Source: an uncultured Eubacteriales bacterium (GTDB taxonomy: Bacteria; Bacillota; Clostridia; Lachnospirales; Lachnospiraceae). Taken from it: a stretch of 43,249 nucleotides of DNA. The position numbers were made by a program, and so were the translations under genes. The stretch lies in contig OMSP01000137.1 of the NCBI GenBank assembly GCA_900313775.1, forward strand, positions 1 to 43,249, in the 5' to 3' direction. Of this stretch, positions 25,802 through 35,410 are shown one piece after another; within the stretch, counting starts at the first letter, position 1, and every line of letters starts with the position of its first letter. The notes below the pieces were generated by a model that was not told the origin of the DNA, did no database searches, and saw nothing but the letters and a program-made list of their open reading frames with translations.

Positions 25802-27484
25802 ATGGCAGCAAACAGTAGAAAAAAGAATAGTGATTTTCTGATGCAGGGCGCCATACTTGCTGTTGCCGGTATGCTGACCCGTGTGATCGGTCTGGCTTAT
25901 CGCATCCCGATGAACAATATCCTTGGGGACGAGGGTCAGGGTTTTTACGGCGTTGCCTTTGAGATCTATTCGATAGCGCTGCTTCTGACTTCTTATTCTC
26001 TGCCCCTGGCCGTGTCAAAGCTTGTCTCTGCCAGAAAGGCAAAGGGCGACCGCAACGGCGTCATAAAAGTCTTTAAGACGGCGATCATTTTTGCGCTGAC
26101 TGTCGGAGGTGCTGTTGCACTGATCGTTTTCTTCGGCGCGGATGCTATAGCCACGAAGATAATGAGCATGCATCTTTCAGTTTATGCGCTTCGCGTTCTT
26201 GCTCCCGGTCTGTTTATCGTGGCTATACTTGGGGTGCTTCGCGGCTTCTTCCAGGGCATGGGGACCATGGTGCCGACGGCATTTTCCCAGATACTCGAAC
26301 AGATCGTCAATGCGGTCATCAGCCTTGTCGCGGCCAGCTACTTCTTCAAAGTAGGTGCTAAGGCCATGGCAAAGGCCAAAGATGCTGCCTCCGGAAATCT
26401 GAGCGGCGCATACGGAGCCGCCGGAGGAACTCTCGGAACAGTCGCCGGTGCGACGATCGCGCTGATCTTTTTACTGTGGCTGCTGTTCATGATGCGGCGA
26501 CCGCTGCGCGGTTATCGCCGCGCTGCGGCAGATCAGGAAGAAGCTTACGGTACTTTGTTTAAGATCCTGCTTCTGACCATTGCGCCGGTAATAATGAGTA
26601 CGGCCATCTACAATATCAGTCAGGTGCTGGATCAGGCGATCTTTGCAAAGACTATGTCTATTCAGGGCGTTGCGGAAGAAAAGTATTCGGCGCTTTTGGG
26701 CATGTTCTCCGGCAAATATAATACGCTGATCAATGTACCGCTTGCCATAGCCAATGCTCTGGCTGTATCGGTCATACCTTCACTGACTGCGGAAAAGGTC
26801 CACGGCCGCCGCGCAGATATGTTCAGCAAGATGGCGCTGGCCATTAGGTTCGCAATGATAGTGGCCATTCCAAGCTTCATCGGTTATCTGGTGCTGGCAC
26901 ATCCTGTTATCGATCTGCTCTACAGCGGCAATATAAACACGCCGGCCCTGATGTTAAGGATAGGATCCGTTTCTGTTGTCTTTTATTGTCTTTCCACAGT
27001 CACCAACGCGTTGCTGCAAGGGATAGACAGGATGATGACTCCGGTAAAGAACGCCGCGATATCACTCTTTATACATCTGATCTCGCTGCTGATCATGCTG
27101 ATCGTATTTCACCTGTCCATATACGGCGTAGTTATTGCCAATATCGTCTTCTCTCTGTGTATGTGCCTGCTCAATCAGAGATCTATTCGTATGTATACAG
27201 GATATCAGCAGGAGCTGAGAAAGACATTTGTTATCCCGCTGATCGCGGCCGTGATCATGGGACTGATCACCTTCCTTGCTTACCGTTTATTTGTCTATCT
27301 GCAGCTCGGTCTGTTTGCGACGATACCGGCGATGATCGTAGCAGTGATTTCCTATATGATCGCGCTGCTTGCACTCGGAGGACTGACAAGACCCGAGATC
27401 CTGCAGATGCCCGGCGGTGCCCGTCTTGTCAGGATTCTTGACCGTTTCCATCTGCTGCGAAGACCTACGGATATTACGGACTGA
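25802..27484 (+). CDS. MOP-superfamily polysaccharide/lipid-linked oligosaccharide flippase (SpoVB/MurJ-like)
   Basis: 560-aa protein with many (about 14) TM segments. N-terminus FLMQGAILAVAGMLTRVIGLAYRIPMNNILGDEGQGFYGVAFEIY is typical of the polysaccharide-biosynthesis (Polysacc_synt) flippase family. Confidence 0.8.
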   Translation: MAANSRKKNSDFLMQGAILAVAGMLTRVIGLAYRIPMNNILGDEGQGFYGVAFEIYSIALLLTSYSLPLAVSKLVSARKAKGDRNGVIKVFKTAIIFALTVGGAVALIVFFGADAIATKIMSMHLSVYALRVLAPGLFIVAILGVLRGFFQGMGTMVPTAFSQILEQIVNAVISLVAASYFFKVGAKAMAKAKDAASGNLSGAYGAAGGTLGTVAGATIALIFLLWLLFMMRRPLRGYRRAAADQEEAYGTLFKILLLTIAPVIMSTAIYNISQVLDQAIFAKTMSIQGVAEEKYSALLGMFSGKYNTLINVPLAIANALAVSVIPSLTAEKVHGRRADMFSKMALAIRFAMIVAIPSFIGYLVLAHPVIDLLYSGNINTPALMLRIGSVSVVFYCLSTVTNALLQGIDRMMTPVKNAAISLFIHLISLLIMLIVFHLSIYGVVIANIVFSLCMCLLNQRSIRMYTGYQQELRKTFVIPLIAAVIMGLITFLAYRLFVYLQLGLFATIPAMIVAVISYMIALLALGGLTRPEILQMPGGARLVRILDRFHLLRRPTDITD

Positions 27485-27490
27485 CATAGG

Positions 27491-28075
27491 ATGGGAGAGC
27501 GCAAAGAAGAAAACAGGGCCGGGATAAGACAGGATATGGCGTCACTTCGTCTGGATATGCCTCAGCAGACAAAGAGCGCGGCGGATCAGCGCATAGCGGA
27601 TCTGATCACTTCAACCGCGCTCTGGAAGAGCTGCGCCACTGTATTTGCCTATATGGCGTACAGAGGAGAGCCTTGTTTAGAGAGAGTGATAAATACCGGA
27701 CTGCTGGAAGGCAAGACAGTAGCTTTGCCGGTATGTCTCGATGACAGCCATATGGCTTTTTTTAAAATAGAGAGCAGCACCGAGGTGAAGACTGGCAGAT
27801 ACGGTATAGCCGAGCCGCTGTATACTGATGATGCGAGGATCAGAGAAGCCGACGGGCGGACATTGGTCCTTCTTCCCTGTCTGGCTTTTGACAGAAGGGG
27901 ATACAGACTGGGTTACGGAAAAGGTTATTATGACAGGTATTTGTCAGGGCATAAGGATGCGGAGACTATGATCACGGCTTATGCCTTTCAGCAGGTTGAC
28001 CGGAGCCCTGAACTGGAGGGAGACATCTCCTCAGCATGGATCGTGACGGAAGCCGGAGTCTGTCGTGCAGAGTGA
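27491..28075 (+). CDS. 5-formyltetrahydrofolate cyclo-ligase
   Basis: LPCLAFDRRGYRLGYGKGYYDRYL signature; size is typical (194 aa). Confidence 0.85.
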   Translation: MGERKEENRAGIRQDMASLRLDMPQQTKSAADQRIADLITSTALWKSCATVFAYMAYRGEPCLERVINTGLLEGKTVALPVCLDDSHMAFFKIESSTEVKTGRYGIAEPLYTDDARIREADGRTLVLLPCLAFDRRGYRLGYGKGYYDRYLSGHKDAETMITAYAFQQVDRSPELEGDISSAWIVTEAGVCRAE

Positions 28076-29492
28076 TCAGATGGATACAGAGATCATAAGA
28101 CAATTGAAACAGACAGTGACCGATTATGCAAGCATGCTTGGCTGCAGGCCGCGCGCTTGCATCGTCACATTCGGATGTCAGATGAATGCCCGAGACTCCG
28201 AAAAGCTGCGGGGTGTTCTGAGTGCCAGCGGATTTGAGCTTACCGACAGCGAAGACTGCGATTTTCTTATTTACAACACCTGTACTGTCAGAGAGAATGC
28301 CAATACACGGGTCTACGGCAGACTCGGCAAGGTAAAGAGTTATAAGAAGAAGAATCCCCTCATGATGGTAGCGCTCTGCGGCTGTATGATGCAGGAGAAG
28401 AGCGTAACAGACGAAATAGGCAGCAAATACGGTTTTGTAGATCTGGTGTTCGGTACTTTCAATCTGGACCGCTTCCCTTATCTGCTCGAAGATCTTCTGC
28501 GCGCAAGGCTGGAAGAACAACCGTGCTTTACCAGGGTCGAGATAATCGATAGCACTGAGAATGATGCGGACCGGCTCCCGTCTGCAAGGAATTATCCGTT
28601 CAAGGCCGGCGTCAATATCATGTACGGCTGCAACAATTTTTGTTCTTACTGCATTGTGCCCTATGTGCGCGGAAGAGAACGAAGCAGAGAGCCGTCAGAG
28701 ATTCTCGAGGAGATCAGGTACCTTCGCGAGGATGGTGTAAGAGAGATCATGCTGCTCGGGCAGAATGTCAATTCCTACGGAAAGACTTTGAATCGACCGA
28801 AGAGCTTCGCATGGCTGCTCGATCGTATTGCAGGAGAATTCAGCAGTGAACTTCTGATACGGTTTATGACTTCTCATCCGAAGGATCTCTCGGATGATCT
28901 GATCAGGGTAATGGCAGATCACAACAATATCTGTGAGCACATTCATCTCCCGGTACAGGCCGGCAGTGACAGGATCCTTCAGGCCATGAACCGTCATTAT
29001 ACCAGAGAAGACTATCTTGCGCTGATCGATAAGATCCGCTCGGCAATGCCCGATATCGCTATCACTACTGACATAATGGTGGGATTTCCTTCGGAGACTG
29101 AGACAGACATCGATCAGACGATCGATCTGATAGGGAGGTCGGGTTTTGACAATGCGTTCACATTCCTCTACTCCAGAAGGACAGGAACACCGGCAGCAGC
29201 CATGGAAGATCAGGTTGACGGGGAAACTGCTTCACGGTGGTTTGATAAGGTGCTTGAAGCAGTTCACTGCTCAGCGCGGGAGCGCAACCGGCGGTTCGCG
29301 GGAAGGATCATGCCGGTGTTGGTGGAACAGGAGAACCGCCATAACGACGGGTGGATCAGCGGAAGGATATCGCATAATCTACTGGTTCATTTCAAGGGAT
29401 CTCCGAAGTTGATCGGCAAGATAATACCGGTAAAGATCACAGAGAGCAAAGGATTTTATTTGATGGGAGAGACAGTGTCAGATGAAGATTGA
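28065..29492 (+). CDS. miaB: tRNA-i6A37 methylthiotransferase (radical SAM)
   Basis: UPF0004 N-domain (TFGCQMNARDSE), radical-SAM cluster motif CNNFCSYCIVPYVRG, C-terminal TRAM domain. Start is GTG 28065 or ATG 28080. Confidence 0.9.
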   Translation: MQSDQMDTEIIRQLKQTVTDYASMLGCRPRACIVTFGCQMNARDSEKLRGVLSASGFELTDSEDCDFLIYNTCTVRENANTRVYGRLGKVKSYKKKNPLMMVALCGCMMQEKSVTDEIGSKYGFVDLVFGTFNLDRFPYLLEDLLRARLEEQPCFTRVEIIDSTENDADRLPSARNYPFKAGVNIMYGCNNFCSYCIVPYVRGRERSREPSEILEEIRYLREDGVREIMLLGQNVNSYGKTLNRPKSFAWLLDRIAGEFSSELLIRFMTSHPKDLSDDLIRVMADHNNICEHIHLPVQAGSDRILQAMNRHYTREDYLALIDKIRSAMPDIAITTDIMVGFPSETETDIDQTIDLIGRSGFDNAFTFLYSRRTGTPAAAMEDQVDGETASRWFDKVLEAVHCSARERNRRFAGRIMPVLVEQENRHNDGWISGRISHNLLVHFKGSPKLIGKIIPVKITESKGFYLMGETVSDED

Positions 29493-32100
29493 CTGTGACA
29501 AACTGTCACCGATGATGCAGCTGTATATGAAGACGAAGGAAGAGTATGCGGACTGTCTGCTCTTTTACAGGCTCGGTGATTTTTATGAACTCTTTTTCGA
29601 TGACGCTAAGCTCGTCTCCAAAGAGTTGTCTCTGACACTCACCGGCAGGGACTGCGGTCTTGAAGAACGGGCGCCGATGTGCGGGGTGCCGCACCATGCT
29701 CTGGACGGATATCTCAATCAGCTTGTGCAGAAGGGCTATAAAGTGGCGATCTGCGATCAGGTCGAAGACCCTGCTACAGCCAAGGGCATCGTCAAGCGTG
29801 AAGTAGTACGTGTGGCGACTCCCGGCACCAATCTTGATATGCAGTCGATCGATGCCTCCCGCAATCAGTATCTTTTATGCGTGTTTTATCGCCCCGTCCG
29901 CTTCGGCATAGCAGTCTGTGACGTGACGACAGGCGAGTTCTATGCAACTTCCGTCGACAGTCTTGCGAGATTCATGGATGAATTCGCAAAATACGAGCCG
30001 TCAGAAGTCGTATACAATACGCTTTTTGAAGAGAGCGGTGCAGATTTCACTTTTCTGAAAGATCAGTACGGAACTTCTTTCTTCTGCCTTGAGTCATGGA
30101 TGTGCGAAGAAGAGGAGGCAAAGCGGGCCCTGCTGTCACAGTTTAAAGTTGCTTCGGAGGGAGCGCTGGGTCTGGAGAACGAGAGGGAGATCATCGCTGC
30201 ATCAGGCGCGTTGATCCAGTACCTTTCGGAGACCCAGATGAGAAGTCTCGATCATATTTCACATCTGAATTTTTACCGATCCGGTGAATATATGCTCTTG
30301 GATGCAGCGACAAGACGTAATCTTGAATTGTGCGAGACAATGCGTCAGAAGGAGAAAAAAGGGTCGCTCTTTTGGGTCCTGGACAGAACGAAGACAGCGA
30401 TGGGAGCAAGGATGCTGAGACAGTATATTGAGCAGCCGCTGACAAACCGCGCTTCGATCGAGCTGAGGCAGGACGCCGTGACTGAACTTAAGGACAGGGC
30501 GTTGGACCGGGCTGAATTGCAGGAGTACCTCAATCCTGTCTACGATCTGGAAAGGCTGGCGTCGAAAGTGGCTTATCGCAGTGCGAATCCGCGCGACATG
30601 CTGGCCCTCGCCGATTCACTTGCCATGCTGCCGCCTGTCAAATCTCTGCTTGCCGGATGCAGCAGCCGTCTGCTCGCCAAACTGCGGGATGAGATAGACG
30701 GACTTGAGGATATATGTGAATCTATCCATTCCTGCATCACGGATGATCCTCCGCTGCTGATACGCGAAGGAGGGATCATTCGCGACGGTTTTGATGAATT
30801 GATCGACCGTGACCGACAGGCAAGGAATGAGGGCACAGGCTGGCTTGCCTCTCTCGAGGAGAAGGAAAGGGAGAGGACCGGCATTAAAAAACTGCGTATA
30901 AAGTATAACAAGGTCTTCGGGTATTTTATCGAAGTCACCAATTCCTATAAAGATCAGGTTCCCGACGACTATATGCGCAAACAAACGCTCACCAATGCTG
31001 AAAGGTATATCACACCGGCACTTAAAGAGGTGGAAGATAGGATCCTCGGTGCGCAGGAACGTCTGATCGAGAGAGAGTATTCTGTATTTTGCGAACTGCG
31101 TGACGAGGCAGCGAAGGCGCTTGAGAGGATCCTTTCCAGTGCTCGCGCACTGGCCTGTCTGGATGTTCTGACCTCACTGGCTGAAGTGGCAGAGCGCGAA
31201 AATTATGCGAGACCTGCGCTGGTCGAGGGCGGACATATGGTCATCCGGGACGGTCGGCATCCTGTTGTCGAAAAGATGATGCCGCCGCATGCGTTTATTG
31301 CAAATGATGCGGAACTGGACAATGAGGAGCACCGCTTTGCCATTATTACAGGACCGAATATGGCGGGTAAGTCGACTTATATGCGTCAGACAGCTCTGAT
31401 TGTCCTTATGGCCCAGATCGGAAGTTTCGTACCTGCGTCTTTTGCTGAGATCCCTCTGGTGGATAAGATTTTCACACGCGTCGGTGCGTCTGATGATCTT
31501 GCAAGCGGACAGAGCACGTTCATGGTAGAGATGACCGAGGTGGCTAATATCCTCCGCAATGCGACAAGAGACAGCCTGATCATACTGGATGAGATCGGAC
31601 GCGGGACGAGTACCTACGACGGGCTGAGTATTGCATGGGCAGTGTCCGAGTATATCTGTGACAGGAACAGAATAGGTGCCAAGACTCTTTTTGCCACCCA
31701 TTATCATGAACTGACCGAATTGGAGGGCAAACTGGAGGGGGTCGTCAACTACAGGATCGATGTGAGAGAAGAGGGAGAGGATATCGTGTTTCTGCGCAAG
31801 ATCGTACCCGGCGGAGCTTCAAGGAGCTACGGCATCCAGGTTGCCCGTCTGGCCGGGTTGCCGCGCACTGTTCTGGAGCGGGCTGAGACGATCCTGCGTC
31901 AGCTGATCCAGGCTGATACGACGCAGATACAGGCGCCCGTAAGACAGCCGGCTGCATCAGACGGTGCCTGGGAGCTTGCGCTGTCTCCTGACGAGCGAGA
32001 AGTGCTGAATCTGGTCAGAAAGACGGATCTGTCCGAGATGACTCCGCTGGAGGCGTTGAATCTGCTTGACAGACTTCAGAGAAAGCTGGAAGAGAGGTAG
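29482..32100 (+). CDS. mutS: DNA mismatch repair protein MutS
   Basis: LSPMMQLYMKTKEEY, FYRLGDFYELFFDDA, Walker A ITGPNMAGKSTYMRQ, STFMVEMTE, DEIGRGTSTYDG. Confidence 0.95.
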   Translation: MKIDCDKLSPMMQLYMKTKEEYADCLLFYRLGDFYELFFDDAKLVSKELSLTLTGRDCGLEERAPMCGVPHHALDGYLNQLVQKGYKVAICDQVEDPATAKGIVKREVVRVATPGTNLDMQSIDASRNQYLLCVFYRPVRFGIAVCDVTTGEFYATSVDSLARFMDEFAKYEPSEVVYNTLFEESGADFTFLKDQYGTSFFCLESWMCEEEEAKRALLSQFKVASEGALGLENEREIIAASGALIQYLSETQMRSLDHISHLNFYRSGEYMLLDAATRRNLELCETMRQKEKKGSLFWVLDRTKTAMGARMLRQYIEQPLTNRASIELRQDAVTELKDRALDRAELQEYLNPVYDLERLASKVAYRSANPRDMLALADSLAMLPPVKSLLAGCSSRLLAKLRDEIDGLEDICESIHSCITDDPPLLIREGGIIRDGFDELIDRDRQARNEGTGWLASLEEKERERTGIKKLRIKYNKVFGYFIEVTNSYKDQVPDDYMRKQTLTNAERYITPALKEVEDRILGAQERLIEREYSVFCELRDEAAKALERILSSARALACLDVLTSLAEVAERENYARPALVEGGHMVIRDGRHPVVEKMMPPHAFIANDAELDNEEHRFAIITGPNMAGKSTYMRQTALIVLMAQIGSFVPASFAEIPLVDKIFTRVGASDDLASGQSTFMVEMTEVANILRNATRDSLIILDEIGRGTSTYDGLSIAWAVSEYICDRNRIGAKTLFATHYHELTELEGKLEGVVNYRIDVREEGEDIVFLRKIVPGGASRSYGIQVARLAGLPRTVLERAETILRQLIQADTTQIQAPVRQPAASDGAWELALSPDEREVLNLVRKTDLSEMTPLEALNLLDRLQRKLEER

Positions 32101-32104
32101 CAGG

Positions 32105-33943
32105 ATGAGTACCATACATCTGCTCGACGAGTCAACCATTGACAAAATAGCGGCCGGTGAAGTGATAGAGAGGCCGGCTTCAGTCGTAAAGGAACTGGTG
32201 GAAAACGCGATCGATGCCGGTGCCGACAGGATATATGTCGATATAACGGAAGGCGGGATCCGGCAGATCCGCGTCACGGATAACGGTAGAGGTATAGACG
32301 CTGATTCTGTGGCTCTGGCTTTTTTACGGCACGCGACCAGTAAGATAAAAGACGCCGACGAGCTGCAGTCGATCATCTCGCTCGGGTTCAGGGGAGAGGC
32401 GCTGGCCAGTATCGCTGCCGTCTCAAAAGTGGAACTGATCACTAAGACGCACGACAGTGACACGGGTATGCGCATTGAGATAGAAGGCGGTAGGCAGGTG
32501 GCGCTTGAATCTGCGGGGGCCCCTGAGGGAACCTCGGTAACTGTCCGGCAGCTTTTCTATAATGTGCCGGTCAGACGCAAGTTTCTTAAAACTCCGATGA
32601 CAGAAGCGATCCACGTGCATGAAACAGTTGAACGACTGGCGATGTCACATCCCGAGATAGCCTTCCGGTTTGTCACTAACGGTCAGGAAAAACTTGTGAC
32701 CGGCGGTACGGGTGATCTGAGAGAGACCCTCATGCGCATTTACGGACCGACGATCGGCAGGCATATGCTTTCGGTGCATGCGCAGAAGCAGGGGATAGTT
32801 CTTGACGGGCTGACCGGTTCGCCTGCTGTATCGCGCGGTAACAGAGCCCAGGAGGCTTTTTTTGTCAATCACCGCATCGTTCGGTCGCAATTACTGGAAA
32901 AAGCTCTGGAGGAGGCGTATAAAGGCTATACGATGCAGCACAGGTTTCCGATCTGCGCGCTGTACCTCGATATTGCTCCTGACAGAGTCGATATCAATAT
33001 TCACCCCACTAAAAGCGAAGTGCGTTTTACAAACACTGCTGACGTGCGCGAATTGATCATCGCGGCTGTGAGAGAAGTGCTCGCCGGCGGAGGATTGGTA
33101 GAGCAGGTCTCCGTACCTGAACCTGTCGGGCAGACGGAAAGAGCTGTGCGGATGCCTGCAGGGAAAAAAGCGGAAACACCGAAGACCAATGCTCCGAAGG
33201 AAGAGAAGCTTGGCTTTTTTATGGAGCAGATGCGGGATCGGGTGCAGACTTACCATGCCAAGGAATCTGCGAGCCAGACCGCTGAGCGTGCAGTAAGGGA
33301 AGAGAAAGAGGCCGGTGAGCAGCTTGCTCTGTTTAAGGAGGAGGCTTCGGATGACCGCGCCGGGCGCAGCTATCGGTTGCTCGGGCAGCTCTTCGGCACA
33401 TACTGGCTGGTCGAATCCGATCAGACATTATACATCGTAGATCAGCACGCTGCGCATGAAAAGATCCTCTACGAAGAGACTTTAGCGGCATTGAAAGAGC
33501 GAAGGCATACCTCTCAGCTTGTCACCCCGCCATTGGTGATCCGACTGACGGCACGACAGGAGCAGGTGCTGAACAGCTACCGTGAAGAGTTTATACGTCT
33601 CGGATATGAGATCGAACCTTTCGGCGATAAGGCGGTTGCTCTGACGGCTGTGCCTGCAAATCTGTACTCACTGTCAGAGGAAAGCCTTTTCACGGAGATA
33701 CTCGACAGGGCTCAAGAGGAGATCAACAGCCGTGCGACTCCGGACATGATAAGAGAGCGGATAGCCTCCCTGTCCTGCAAGGCCGCTGTAAAGGGGAATA
33801 CCGCTGTAGATGAAAAGCAGATGGATGCCCTGCTCAAGAGATTGTTCTCGCTTGAGAACCCCTATCATTGCCCGCATGGCAGACCAACGATGATCGCTAT
33901 GACCAGAGCGGAACTTGATAAGAAATTCAAGAGGATAATATGA
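32105..33943 (+). CDS. mutL: DNA mismatch repair protein MutL
   Basis: Start MSTIHLLDESTIDKIAAGEVIERPASVVKELVENAIDAG (GHKL ATPase). DNGRGI, GFRGEALASI. C-terminal CPHGRP motif. The 32066 start in the track lies inside mutS. Confidence 0.95.
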   Translation: MSTIHLLDESTIDKIAAGEVIERPASVVKELVENAIDAGADRIYVDITEGGIRQIRVTDNGRGIDADSVALAFLRHATSKIKDADELQSIISLGFRGEALASIAAVSKVELITKTHDSDTGMRIEIEGGRQVALESAGAPEGTSVTVRQLFYNVPVRRKFLKTPMTEAIHVHETVERLAMSHPEIAFRFVTNGQEKLVTGGTGDLRETLMRIYGPTIGRHMLSVHAQKQGIVLDGLTGSPAVSRGNRAQEAFFVNHRIVRSQLLEKALEEAYKGYTMQHRFPICALYLDIAPDRVDINIHPTKSEVRFTNTADVRELIIAAVREVLAGGGLVEQVSVPEPVGQTERAVRMPAGKKAETPKTNAPKEEKLGFFMEQMRDRVQTYHAKESASQTAERAVREEKEAGEQLALFKEEASDDRAGRSYRLLGQLFGTYWLVESDQTLYIVDQHAAHEKILYEETLAALKERRHTSQLVTPPLVIRLTARQEQVLNSYREEFIRLGYEIEPFGDKAVALTAVPANLYSLSEESLFTEILDRAQEEINSRATPDMIRERIASLSCKAAVKGNTAVDEKQMDALLKRLFSLENPYHCPHGRPTMIAMTRAELDKKFKRII

Positions 33944-34905
33944 TGATGCGCGCTCCTCTCATTGTGATCGCCGGACCGACGGCTGTCGGAAAAAGCGGAC
34001 TGGCAGTCAGACTGGCAGAAAAGATTGGCGGCAGCATTATATCGGCTGATTCGATGCAGGTCTACCGCGGGATGGATATCGGTACTGCCAAGATATCAAA
34101 GGAGGATATGCGGTCTATACCGCATTATCTGCTCGACGTGGCAGATCCCGCTGATGATTTCACGGTCGCTGACTATCAGCCGCTGGCTGAAACAGCGATC
34201 CGCGAGGTGCTGAATGAGGGCCGTATTCCGATACTGGTCGGCGGTACAGGTTTTTATATTCAGGCTGTCGTGTACGGGATCGACTTTGATACCGACGAGG
34301 GGACCGATACGAAGCTTCGAAAAGAACTTTCGGCTCTCGAGAAAGTGAGAGGCAAAGGTTATCTCCATCAGTGTCTGGAGGCAGTAGATCCCGTGAGTGC
34401 CCGACTGATCCATCCGAACAATACACGGAGGATCATCCGTGCGCTGGAATTCTATGAGCACACGGGAGAGCCTTTTTCTGAACACAACCGTCGTGAATCA
34501 GAGAAGAAAGCGCGTTATCGGACTGCTTTCTACGTGTTGACTGATGACAGAAAGAAGCTCTATGCACGGATCGACCGCCGCGCTGCTCTGATGGTGAAAG
34601 AAGGACTGGTAGACGAAGTGCGGCGTCTGTTGGCAGATGGGGTGCCGTACGCGGCTCAGTCCATGAATTCTTTGGGATACAAAGAGACTGTCAAAGCTCT
34701 CCGGAATTCTGAAGCAGAATTGGACCGCAAAGCCCTGATCAGTGAGATCGCGCTTCACACCCGTCATTATGCAAAACGGCAGCTGACATGGTTCAAAAGG
34801 GAAAAGGGAGCAATATGGTTTGATATCGGTGACTTCACGGAAGGTGAGATACTGACGAAGATCCGGCAAGATCTGAGCATGAGAGGGATCACGGATGGCA
34901 GGTGA
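33940..34905 (+). CDS. miaA: tRNA dimethylallyltransferase
   Basis: P-loop IAGPTAVGKS, SADSMQVYRGMDIGTAK, PHYLLDV, GGTGFYI. Confidence 0.95.
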   Translation: MMMRAPLIVIAGPTAVGKSGLAVRLAEKIGGSIISADSMQVYRGMDIGTAKISKEDMRSIPHYLLDVADPADDFTVADYQPLAETAIREVLNEGRIPILVGGTGFYIQAVVYGIDFDTDEGTDTKLRKELSALEKVRGKGYLHQCLEAVDPVSARLIHPNNTRRIIRALEFYEHTGEPFSEHNRRESEKKARYRTAFYVLTDDRKKLYARIDRRAALMVKEGLVDEVRRLLADGVPYAAQSMNSLGYKETVKALRNSEAELDRKALISEIALHTRHYAKRQLTWFKREKGAIWFDIGDFTEGEILTKIRQDLSMRGITDGR

Positions 34906-35395
34906 GTTTTACAAAAAACTCAATCTTTGCGTCAGACGGCGCCGCGTCTTGAGAGATCTTGTGCTGATCTGCAATGAGCGTCTCGTCATACCTGTCGCTT
35001 TGGTCTATCTGGCAGGGATATTTTCGGAGCTCTCAAACGGAGACCGAAAAGGAACGGTACTTCTGATAGCGGTGCCTGCAGCTGCGTTTCTGGCAATAAC
35101 AGTCCTGCGTAAAGCTATCGGCAGACCAAGGCCGTACAATGAACTGGATATCAGCCCGATAGTTGCCCGCGTCCGTGAGAGCTGTTCAATGCCAAGCCGG
35201 CATGTGGGCTCCGCGTTTGCGATCGGAAGTGTGTTGACAGCTCTTGCGCATCCCGTGCTTGGAGCGATCGTTCTCGCGCTGGGAGTGGTCATAGCCGCAT
35301 CGCGTGTGCTGGGAGGAGTACATTATCTGACAGATGTCACGGCCGGTGCTGTTATCGGTCTATTGAGCGGGGTGGCTGCGTATCTGTTGAAATGA
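34895..35395 (+). CDS. PAP2-family (acid/lipid) phosphatase, membrane protein
   Basis: The three PAP2 motifs: KAIGRPRP, SMPSRH, SRVLGGVHYLTDV. Hydrophobic segments between them. Confidence 0.8.
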   Translation: MAGEFYKKLNLCVRRRRVLRDLVLICNERLVIPVALVYLAGIFSELSNGDRKGTVLLIAVPAAAFLAITVLRKAIGRPRPYNELDISPIVARVRESCSMPSRHVGSAFAIGSVLTALAHPVLGAIVLALGVVIAASRVLGGVHYLTDVTAGAVIGLLSGVAAYLLK

Positions 35396-35410
35396 GAAAG
35401 TGAGCGAATT

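Noticed and set aside
26986-27441. Alternate-frame + strand ORFs inside known genes (for example 26986-27441 in the flippase, 14514-14816 in nnrD, 38260-38607 in mreB, 3801-4028 in uppS, 20695-21003 in ftsK)
   Set aside because: They are R/S/C-rich out-of-frame products with no SD and no motifs. The host-gene frames are well supported.
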